A stretch of DNA of 64,000 bases. Origin: Macrostomum lignano. Lineage: Eukaryota. The stretch spans positions 130,729 through 194,728 of the forward strand of contig NIVC01002194.1 of assembly GCA_002269645.1 (NCBI GenBank). The letters run 5' to 3'. Made by a program: the position numbers and the translations under genes. Shown piece after piece: positions 1 through 10,158 of this stretch. Numbering within the stretch: position 1 is the stretch's first letter; every line of letters begins with the position of its first letter. Below the pieces are notes generated by a model. The model saw only the letters and a program-made list of their open reading frames with translations. It was not told the DNA's origin and made no database searches.

Positions 1-242
1 TTAAGGTTTGTACAGCACCTAAAAAACGTGCATTTTATTTTTTGTTTAAACGCAAGCGTCCCAGCAAATACCGGACAGAAACACTAAATTAGTCGAATAT
101 ACAAATACTTGTTGTCATTTCTGCAGGATTTTCTGCAGGAATTTCTCTCTATCGCTAATCATTGGTACTTAAAATATAAATTTTGCAATCTAGTTGGCCA
201 AAACTGCGATCAATTCGGCCAGGGATAGGAAATCCTTCACTT

Positions 243-1186
243 TCACGAGTCGGCTTACCCAGCAGCTGAGGTGAGCTGAAAGCCATAGACAGTGTAAAAA
301 TGCTGCAATCAATTTGGCCTAAACTGCGATCAAGTTGGCCCAGATCGATTGCATTCGCTATTCGACGCCTTCCAAGTTGAACTTAGTCCTTAGAGCCATG
401 GATAACTTCGTTTTTGTCCGACTGCACTGCTCTCTCTTTCGTATAGAACTCTATTTCTCTAAGCAGCAACCTTAATTTGGCCTTAATTTGTGATCACATC
501 TATCATAGCTGAAATCGCAGACTATGGCTCAGAGAGGCCCATGTCACATAAAAATTTCGACTCCGGGATCGCTAGAGGTTATGGTGAGCACGCCTTTGAA
601 AATGGAAGACTGGTAAATTCTCGGCCGGCTCTTTAGAATCGCACGGAAAACAGTTGCAAACATTATTGGGACTCTCACAGCAACTGGCCGCATCGGCACT
701 CTGCCTCGAGGAGGTGTCAGGCGTTCGTCACTAAGCAGAGAGCCATGGTCGACATCATCTGCACTTTCTTCGGAAACATTCCAACAGCAATGCTAGAGCA
801 GATGAAAGGTCACCTCACGCGAGAATTCCCTGCTGCTCAAAATTTGAACCTCACAACCATCAGCCGAGCTCTAGATGGCAGACTTATCACGATTAAACTG
901 CTCAGAGAGGTGACACAGAACTGGAACGACGACATTACGAAGGAGGCAAGGATGTTGAGTGGCTGCTTGGTTACGGAAGCCTGAGACATCTGCTGTATGG
1001 ACGAATTTGGCATCAATCTTTGAACAGCAAGAACATGTCACTTCTTTCTTCTTCTGTGCACATACAACAATAAAATTGCGTTGGCCAAATAATCGCAGTT
1101 TAGGCCAATTGTTGGTTGCAGTATTTTTACACTAAATGTATGTCTATGGCTTTCAGCTCAGCTCAGCTGGGTGAGCGGACTCGCGA
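243..1186 (+). mobile_element. Degenerate Tc1/IS630-type DNA transposon (non-autonomous) with ~100-bp imperfect inverted repeats
   Basis: 243-340 is an imperfect reverse complement of 1083-1186. The interior (~600-984) translates, across one stop and a frameshift, to MEDW*ILGRLFRIARKTVANIIGTLTATGRIGTLPRGGVRR...MLEQMKGHLTREFPAAQNLNLTTISRALDGRLITIKLLREVTQNWN. This resembles the HTH/PRGG N-terminus of IS630-Tc1 transposases. No DDE domain is present. Confidence 0.65.
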
Positions 1187-1546
1187 GAGCGAATTTCCTC
1201 ATCAAAAACACCTTAAAATTGCACGAGTTGGGAGCAGTGAGAAGTGTTCTGATTCGGAGAGATAGTCGGTGCCGATCTTTGACGAAGAAGGTCGGCCGTG
1301 GCATGCCTGTCGGATTTCCATCCTCCAACAGATGCATATTTGATTCTTTGTCAACTCTGTTAATCAGTTCCTTTCTTACGAGCGTACATTCGTAAACTTC
1401 TTTGTCTATGGCCAGTCCCAACTCTGAACATGCCGAAATTGGCTTCCACTGCTGTGCTCTTTACTTTCTCACATAAACTCGTTCTTCTTAGTTATATTAT
1501 TGTCAACTTTGACAATGCCATTAGACTGCTAGTAGCCCCCCGCATG

Positions 1547-1618
1547 AAGGACCACTAAAATTTATCGTTTTATCAACGTATAACGATACAACGATGATGA
1601 TAAATTCTAGTGGTCCTT
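1547..1618. repeat. 72-bp mini inverted repeat (hairpin/MITE-like)
   Basis: aaggaccactaaaatttatc (1547-1566) matches the reverse complement of gataaattctagtggtcctt (1599-1618) at 19/20 positions. No TSD recognised. Confidence 0.6.
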
Positions 1619-2288
1619 GCCCTAGCATATCAAGCTTAGTACGAGCTATATGACTCAAAAATACATCGTTTCTAAAAGGCACTTTACTGTAATCCGTACT
1701 TCAAAGGTGCCGACTCAGTTTTCTAGCTAATTCCAACCAAGCTGAATCCTTCTGCAAAATTAATGCGTACGTGTGTACGCTGTTCTATATATGGATTGCC
1801 GATGAAAGCAATTTTTAATCTTGAACAGCATATTCGCATGCGAACATGTAAACACGTCGATATCATTTATTAACGATAAATTAGCTTGGTAATTGTTCGC
1901 TCTAGCCTATAGCTACTACCGCTGATCTCAGAATTCCAGAGGGTTTAAACTTTTGCAATCTTTCATTCTTTTATTTCACATGTGTAGCTTCAGTGATATC
2001 TCAGTTTTGAAATAGGACAAAATCACTTTTTATTGAACGCGTTTGAAGAGCTTGTTTAAATTTGACATAAGCCCCAAACGAATGAATCAATATACACTGG
2101 GCTACGTTGTTTACTTTAGAAAAGATTGCTTTAGAGAGAAGAAGCAGATTGCATAAGCCTTTTAGAGTTGAATGATCGAAAAGCAAAAACAGTTTTAAAC
2201 ACAGCTCGGAGTTGACCTTGCATGTATGTCCTTGTGACCCGTTATGGAATTAAATCAATAATTTTGCTTCCGGGCGACAAAATATAGC

Positions 2289-2437
2289 GCCTTTGGCGCT
2301 AAAATGAGTGCCTGCGGCGCCAAAATGAGTGCCTGCGGCGCCAAAATGAGTGCCTGCGGCGCCAAAATGAGTGCCTGCGGCGCCAAAATGAGTGCCTGCG
2401 GCGCCAAAATGAGTGCCTGCGGCGCCAAAATGAGCGC
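2289..2437. repeat. 21-bp minisatellite (gcgccaaaatgagtgcctgcg) x ~7
   Basis: Read directly. It explains the repetitive ORFs at 2250-2625. Confidence 0.95.
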
Positions 2438-2804
2438 TGAAAACACCAATTCTGAAAATAATGTACATCTATATGCAGAATTCTTGGCTTTGTCCCCTCA
2501 CCATAATATCCATGGCGACTTCCCTGTCCGCATAGATATGATGTGGGAATATACGCGGGTAAATCGGCCACATGATTTTTCAATGTATATCTGATATATT
2601 TTATGCGTATTAACCTCATGTTCAAGAAAGTATATAGCTAGCTAATTCTGGGTTATCAAAAAATAATTAACCTCAATATTTTGGGTAGTATTTCGATAGT
2701 CATGGAGAGCTAAGAATTCGCTATAATTGAAAAATCAGCATTAAGTTTTCGTGTCGATAAGGATAAAGTTAAAACTGGGATCACTAGAGATCAGCACAGT
2801 GCCT

Positions 2805-4760
2805 TTAGGACTCCTGTTGCAACAGTAGTTCTCTTTGACGAAGCTCATTAGCCAATTGAACAAATCGGCAGGCCTTCAGAGCCTTGATCAGGCTGGCAGT
2901 CTGGAAGTTTTCCAATAACTTTAGAAGGTCATATGTACTTTGAAAGCAGGACCGTGTACTTTATTTTGTTTTATTTGACTAACCTTGCTTTCTAAAACGA
3001 TTGTCTGTTTTAACCAGGAGATGAGCATCTCAAGCGCTTGGTCGCTCTGCTCCGGATACGCGTTCCTGATGGCTGAGCAGCGCTCTTTTGACACGCCCAA
3101 TTGATCGGCCAGAATGGACCAGTTATCCTGAATATCCATCGCCAATTCGCGCAGATATTCCATAGTTACTGCGTCTGAAAAGGTTTGAAGTTGATATCAG
3201 GTAGTTTTCGACGGGACAATTCAGCCAATTCTGTGATTCGCCACTTTTATGAGATTGTAGTCTAGTGGTCAGAGCGTCGGACTCGCGACTAGAAGGTCGG
3301 AGGTTCGATTCTATACCCACTTGGAAAAACTTGTGTCCTCGAACAAGACACTTAACTCTGCATTGCTTCAGCTCAATCAGCTCTAAAATGGGTGCCAGCA
3401 TTGGCTGGGACAATTGAGGGTGTGTGTGGCGACTCCCCAGTCCTTGGACTGAACTGCCGTACGCAGCCTTAAGATGCGCCGCGCAATAGCTGCGGCTGAG
3501 CTGTCTTAACTTTTACGGACTGTGGGAAAGCGTACATCTGGATAGCTTCAGGTTGCCAACACAAAAACCCGAAAAATCATAAACTTCGAAAGTTCTAGCA
3601 ACGCCCTTTTTGGTTGACCGTAACCCACTAGAAGAAAGTCGGTTACAAGAGCTTCCACCAACCCTTAGACTTGTAGACAAACGGCGACCGCCACGGAGGC
3701 TTCTTGCCGCCATCGGAGTCGTGCTTGGCCAGTTGCACCTGCTGCTTTGCAATGCGATTCGGCTGCAGCTCGCTGAACACCTGGACGAAGCCGCGGTGAG
3801 TTGGAAATGATTTCTGCAGATAGGGGTCCTTCGGCGACAGACTAAAATGGGGGGGGTTGGTGTTCTGTATCAAAAACGATCTAGAGTCGAAGGCTTCCAG
3901 GGGCGATCATGAAGATCTTGCACTCCTTTTTGGCAGTAGCATCATTGCTCACTTGAGCAGGAGGCAGTTCCATTCGTTACTGTTGAATAGCAAAGTGAAT
4001 TCTTGACCTTCGTCGCTAGTAATATTGCCTGTCAGCTCAACGGAAAGATTCTGGCGCTCCATCACTTTAAGCTCTTTAACTTCATTCTGCAACTCTGGGC
4101 TTCTCGGCTCTGAGACAACTTTGAAACCTTTTGAGGTAAGAAGCTCCAGCAAATACTGCTTCTTGTCATTTGACGGAAGAGCAACAACAGCCTAAAATAA
4201 GAGTTAAAATGTTTTTAACATGTAGATACTTGTGCCTAACATGAAAGTACATCTTGTGTCTAAACATGAAATAGCGTTTAGGGCTATACAAAAATTACAA
4301 GTTCATGTGCTTCTCACCATCCTACTATCAGTAGACTGGCGGACAATTAAACTGACAGTCCGAATCTCCATGTTAGATTCGATTTCGCGACAGATTTCGT
4401 CTAATTTGTCAACGTCAAAATCCTTGTTGATTCGCAAGGCCAACAGTCTGTTTGGGGCGGGGAGGATTAATGAATCATCATGTACTATACTCATACAAAG
4501 TGAAATAAAATTTGTGAAATAAAAGTTTAGCACATTAGAAATGCTACCTTCGACTGTTGGATAAATGGGAGATTCTGACGTTCAGCTTTTCCGTATTTGT
4601 CTTCTCATAGTCTCTGATGGTCTGCAAGGCGTTCCATTGAGCTGTCGGCTCCGTGCTGTCAATGCTGGCAATAATGATTGTCTCGGATGGAGCTCTAGCA
4701 GCTGAGAGGAGGAATGAATAGACAGAATAGTAAAACAGTTAAATGGGCAGAGACAGACAG

Positions 4761-4791
<31 letters not shown>

Positions 4792-7608
4792 AGAAAACAA
4801 AAAAGACAAAACAAAAGCAAAGTAAGCAAAAGGAAGCAAACAAGCTTACTATCCAACCGTTTGCTCTGCTTTCGGGGCGCAATCGAAGATCTTCGACTAA
4901 TTCCTTCATTGTAAGCTGAGAAGTTCTCAGCGTGATTGCTAGAATAATTCTTGTTCGAAACAGACCTTGGCAGGTGCAGTTTGTACTCGGATGGCCGTTT
5001 GAGAGGCTGTGCTTCAGATGATGCTACAATTATGGGTTGCGTTTTAATACTAGCGTATAATAATAAGTGTGAAATCCCAGTCTTAGGGTATTTATTTATT
5101 ATGCTACGCAAAGAGCTTGAAAGTATGTTGACTTACTGTGCACTAAGAGAAAACTCGTGGTCAGCAGTCCAGAATATGAGTCCGGGTGATCGGTGCGCAG
5201 TTTGTCGATCAACTCTTGGCTGATTGGACGAACCTGGAATGACTGAGCAAAGCTGGCATTGTTCTGCGAGATCGAGTCGCCAGGGATAGTCAATCCAAAG
5301 CGGCTGTCCAACGGACTGACGATTTCGGCACCCTGCTGGGTCAGGTTGAACCGGCTGACTTTCCACCGGACCACCGGCACGATCGTGATCGGGACTTCAG
5401 ACATCCTCGTCTCAAACCATCTGTACTGGCTGGGCAGACCGCCCTGTTGAATCTCATCCGATGGCACCTCCGTCCATGACGTGTCATTCTTGTTGTACAC
5501 CTGGGTGCGAAGGCAGATTACATGTAGGTCAACGGTTCTCGCCATTTGTTAGTTCTTTTTAGTAAGCCCGTGATTACCACCCACAAATGGCAATCCCCAG
5601 TGCACAGAATGTGTTATTATCTACGTTAAGGCTTCGGGACACTGTCGCCTTAATTTGAGCCACCCCCTTGCAGCAGTTGCAAGTCAACTAAGATCTACGA
5701 GGTGCAGAACCGGGGCATTAAAACACTCTTTATTTAACTTTGCATGAACTTCAGTAGCAAGCATAAACAAGTACGCACTGATAATTTTCTTTCAACTTAC
5801 ATACAGAACTGTCTCTTTTCCGGGTGACTTTCCAGCCGATTGCGGCAACACCAGAAACCACTGGACAGTTCGGCCGCCGTAGCTGCTCCCAAGCTCGGAC
5901 CGCCCGATGGCCTCAATGCGCACAGCTCTACCAGCGACCTCCTCGGATGCTGGGAAGGAACATGGCCGTAGCAATGAAGACGCATCCGTGCAGCGAATTT
6001 CGTCGCGAATAAATGCTCCCTCCGGTGCCCTAATCGCGCATCCTGGCGAGTCTCGACCGAACAGAGCTTCCGGTTCGTTGCTGTCTTGGAGTTTAATCAC
6101 CACAGGTCTCCAGCTGCGCTCTTCTTCGCGTAGCAGTCGCGCTTCCTCGCGCTCGCGTTGCAGTTGCTGCTTCTCTTCGCTTTTACGCTTCTTCTCCTCC
6201 TCAGCTTGCCGTTGACGCAGTTCACTTATCCTCTGTTTCTCCAGTCGTTCTTTTTCCTCACGCCTCTGACGCTCTTCTTCCTCACGTCTCTGACGCTCTT
6301 CCTCCTCACGTCTCTGACGCTCTTCCTCCTCACGTCTCTGACGCTCTTCCTCCTCACGTCTCTGACGCTCTTCCTCCTTACGTCTCTGACGCTCTTCCTC
6401 CTCACGTCTCTGACGCTCTTCCTCCTCACGTCTCTGACGCTCTTCCTCCTTACGTCTCTGACGCTCTTCCTCCTCACGCTTCTGACCCTCTTCCTCTTCT
6501 TCTTTTCGTTTTCTTTCAGCCTCCCCTCTCTCACGATTGAGACGGTCGAGCTGTAAAGTTGAAAATTAAACGGAATAAACAGTTTCGTACATTCATGCTT
6601 GTATGCAAGTAAAACAAAGCATTTTGTGGACTCCTCAACACTGGAAATTCAGAAAAGCACGATTGGAACAAAAACACGAAAAATCATATCTATTTATTAA
6701 AGGGTTTAAATGTACCCTAAATGTAAAGCTACGAAGTTGATCTATGCTATGGCTATGCTATGCTTTATCAGTGTGAGCTTGTACACACCTCATCCTGAAC
6801 GTCAGCGGCCAGCTCTGCACCTCGCTGACTATTCTGCAGCGTCTCTCTGATGAGCGTCTCAACAGATTCAAACAGGTTGACAGTGTCTTTCAGCGTCCGT
6901 GACAGATCGAGCAGGTCTTTCAAATCGTCTTTAGAAATTCGTTTCTTTACAGTTGGACCGCCGCCACCTCCCTCTCGCATGAAATTGTCGATGTCGTCAC
7001 TTTCTGTTTGCGTCGGTATTAAGGAGGCGCATTATGTAGATCAATAATATCATTACATTAACGACAGTACAGTAAGATCACAATTTGTGTGCCTAAGCGT
7101 ACACACCCGCATTTAGACTCCCTAATTTTAGGGGGTCTAAAGGGCCCCCCGCACCCTCACCTCAGACCACTAATTCAGGGCATGCATTGACCTACATAAT
7201 TCTGCTCCTATACTTGCACCCGCCGAAAGCCAATCAATTTTCTGGCTTGCCAAGTCAAAATTTTCAAACTCGCAAACAGCAAATCTTAAAAACGTCTGAA
7301 GACCTATTTCTCAGACATCTCGCTCAGGTTACATACGTACCCTGTGGCAGCTCAGATAGCAGCTTAACCTCCACCAAAAGCTCCTGCAGTGCTCCCATCG
7401 CCCTTGAAGACGCTTCGATCTGCGACTGTAGCACAGCATTGCAATCCTCTAAACTTCCATTAGCCTCATTCAGCTTGGTATTAATTTCTTTCACATTTCT
7501 TCCTTCGGCACTTTCCTGACCAGGCGGTTCTGTTCTCCGACTCTTCAACTGTTTGGTGAAGCCGCGAAGTTCATTCTCGATGCCGTTGAATGAGTCCGTT
7601 AGGTCCAT
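2805..7608 (-). CDS. Multi-exon ZU5-ZU5-UPA-DEATH domain protein (DTHD1/PIDD/ankyrin C-terminus-like) with an N-terminal coiled coil and E/R-rich single-alpha-helix repeat
   Basis: Phase-compatible exons: 7608-7341, 7003-6789, 6550-5801 (charged repeat, then ZU5-like ...GCAIRAPEGAF...), 5500-~5137 (second ZU5-like), further exons at ~5050-4850, ~4530-4310, ~4190-3950 and ~3805-3560 (UPA-like; boundaries approximate), 3174-2984 (DEATH: YLRELAMDIQDNWSILADQLGVSKERCSAIRNAYPEQSDQALEMLISW), and 2918-2805 ending QQES*. Domain calls are from motif recognition, not a search. Confidence 0.75.
3256..3505 (+). mobile_element. tRNA-derived SINE with CORE-like central domain (copy 1, intronic)
   Basis: Pol III A box (tagtggtcagagc) and B box (ggttcgattct), then a MIR-CORE-like block. 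A closely related copy lies at 25745-25991. Confidence 0.8.
4752..4790. repeat. Short (CAGA)n microsatellite
   Basis: Read directly; lies in an intron of the ZU5 gene. Confidence 0.9.
6260..6500 (-). repeat. 24-bp coding tandem repeat x ~9-10 encoding (RQRREEEE)n
   Basis: Plus-strand unit ctcttcctcctcacgtctctgacg. It stays in frame inside the 750-nt exon 6550-5801. Confidence 0.85.
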
Positions 7609-8353
7609 GCTTAAGCGATTTTGAAGCTTGGTAAGGAATTCGTTAGTTAATTAATTTCTTACCAGACTTGTCTTCGTCTAGCTAAAAGTTAGAAGCTACA
7701 GCTACTCGTTTGAGTTTATACTCTGCTCTCTGCTCTCAAATGATTCAGTGCCTTTGGAAAGTAAAAACTAAACGATTTAAAGCTTTTTTTCGTTCGCCAA
7801 TGCCTGCAGTTGCTGATTGTCACCATTGGAGACCATTGGAATAGACGACACATTGGAACTGATAAGATTAGCCAGTTTACTCTGTTAGACTTGAATTGTT
7901 TCACAATTGAAACGCATTTTGCGCCAGACATTCAGGAGATTTTTCGCTTCGAATGCAGATCTCGAAGGCTGAGATTTAGGAAAAATTTTATCAGCATGCG
8001 TAGCTACTCCGTCTGCTTAGCACTTTTTAAAATGTTACGAAAAACTCTGCGAGAGAAAAGGCAAGAAAATTGCATACTACTTTAAGTAGGTTTCAGTCAG
8101 ACACTAAACATGAGTATTGAATGTCAGTTAGTCATTCAAGCAACCCTGTTGCAACGTTGACAACTTCAGCTGGTAGGCTACATCATCCGCGCCGAGTCGT
8201 ACTGCCCACAACCGGCGCAGAAGGTGCTGCTGCCGCTGCCGCAGGTGCCACACGACACTTCGTCGACTGCCGTTGCTTTTGTCACGTTGAACGATAGACG
8301 GCGAGGCGGATGACTCAGACATTAAAACGTTCAAAGCCACCTGTTTTACCTGA

Positions 8354-9460
8354 CTATTTTTGTCCAGAGTAAAGAGGCGGATACGAAGGTATGACCGAGC
8401 ACAGCGAGGCAGGCCCAAGATCAAGTAAAAAGGTTAGGTGCCGCAAGAGGATGGGGAGCAGCTGATGACGCTGCTTCCACCGCGCGCCGGCGATTGCCTC
8501 GACACCAGGTTGGATGTAGCGGAACACGGAGTCGCTTCGCCAGTCACCCAAGGCCATCACTTCGTGCACTGATGCACCTGAGCTGGCGAAGAAGGTCGTT
8601 CCGCCTCTGCACAATGAGTGCCCGGAGATTGCCGTCGTGTCGAGGCCTGCCGCTGTCGCCGCATTGAACAGCTGTCTTGTAAACTGCGGTCAAAACACCG
8701 GGACCAGTTGTTGGCCCACCCGAAAGGCGAACAGAAGCGAGTCGGGTCCGTTTCCAGCGATATTGTCGCGCTTAAGGTAAAGGAGAACCACGCTGAACGG
8801 GCATAGCGGATGTGGACACCCGTTCGTAGCGGGCAATCGTGGCAGCCAGACCATGTGCTGACGCTCAGCGAACTGGATTGTCTTGCTGTGCCGGACTCGC
8901 AGCTCGATGCCGCTGTTGCGCATCTGCAGGTCTTTCAGTCGCACCGCTTCGGCTGACAACTGCGGGCTCCGGGCGGCTGACACAGAAGGGAGGCAAAGAT
9001 TGGCCGTAGGCAGCAATCCCCAGAAACCTACCAGCAGACAGCACCAGAAGGCCGCGCCGCGGCAGGAGGTTGTGTCGATGTGGGACCTGAGCTGCTGCAG
9101 CATGGTGGGGGTCAAACCGATTTTCTGTCTCGCATGGGCGCCCCGCTGCCGCTATTGACACCTTGAAGGGCAAGCGCACTAGAGGATGAACAGTAGGGTC
9201 GGCTCTCCCAGTCAGCTTGTAAAGCCACGACACCGCGTGCAGGTAGGTGGAGAGGCTGGAAAAAGCGGTCAGGTGCTTGAGGTGCAGGTAGGTGGAGAGG
9301 CTGGAAAAAGCGGTCAGATGCTTGAGGTGCAGGTAGGTGGAGAGGCTGGAAAAAGCGGTCAGGTGCTTGAGGTGTAGGTGGGAGACGTAGAGTGACACCG
9401 TCGCAGATGACGTGCAGGTACCCTCGCCGAATCATCATACGCTTGACGGCGTCTTTTTTT
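8354..9460 (-). mobile_element. Tyrosine recombinase relic of a DIRS/Ngaro retrotransposon or Crypton
   Basis: Frameshifted pieces: SLYVSHL...SSLSTYLHAVSWLYKLTGRADPTVHPLVRL; AFWCCLLVGFWGLL; RHSKTIQF; HPLCPF; HSLCRGGTTF...ALGDWRSDSVFRY. These carry the DIRS-type YR motifs (SKT, HSxRxG, GxWxS-x4-Y). The first catalytic Arg position reads P and the HxxR Arg context is degraded. No RT or RNase H is adjacent. Confidence 0.8.
9232..9376. repeat. 48-bp tandem triplication inside the YR relic
   Basis: caggtaggtggagaggctggaaaaagcggtcaggtgcttgaggtg occurs 3 times and encodes HLKHLTAFSSLSTYL x3 on the minus strand. Confidence 0.9.
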
Positions 9461-10158
9461 CATTGTTGCTCGCAAATTATACCTTGGACATATTAAAAGC
9501 TTCAGATTTTGACATTGACATAATTTTAACTATTCAATGTAGATCCTACATGTACTTTGTATTGCTCGTAGTTGAAAAAGCGTTCATCGGAAAGTGCCTA
9601 CTACTGCGGGGCGCAGGTGCCGCGAAAAGGCTGCGAGGCCCCTATCGCAACCCCGCGAGACCCCGCGAGGCCCCAAAAGTGCCTAGTACTCCTACATGTA
9701 TTTTGCACCTTTATGCGAGCATTAATTTAAAGCCAGTGCATTCGACAATCACAGATCATCCGCGTGCTTCGTGGAAGGATAAAGAAGGGGATAAATCTGG
9801 GATCTGGCCAATAAAACTGGACCGATAGAGGAGAATTCTGATAAAGCTTCGCGCTGAGAATTCTCAATATTGATTCGTGTGCGCGAAGGTGGCAGAGCAG
9901 CGGCAGGTGGTAGATAAGATGAAGACGGCGTGTTCTCATTGATAAAGGAGGCAATATTAGCGCTGAAAACGGGGTTTCGTCAGCCTTGCAACTTTAAGCC
10001 ATGCATCGCCAATCCTTCCTTGATTATTAGCTAAAGTCCCGTATCAAGCTTGCAGAGTCCAGGTTTACACAACCATAAAAACGGGGCCTTTATATTTTTG
10101 ATCTGGTTTTTGTCGAAATCAGCTGAGAAAAGTTCTCACTCTCGATTCTTTTTTCAAT

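Noticed and set aside
3256-3330. tRNA gene (also 25745-25820)
   Set aside because: A and B boxes are present, but I could not fold a cloverleaf or acceptor stem, and both copies continue into a shared ~170-bp body. These are SINE heads.
8354-9460. Phage integrase or bacterial contamination
   Set aside because: The motifs are of the eukaryotic DIRS/Crypton YR type, and the flanks are intron-containing animal genes.
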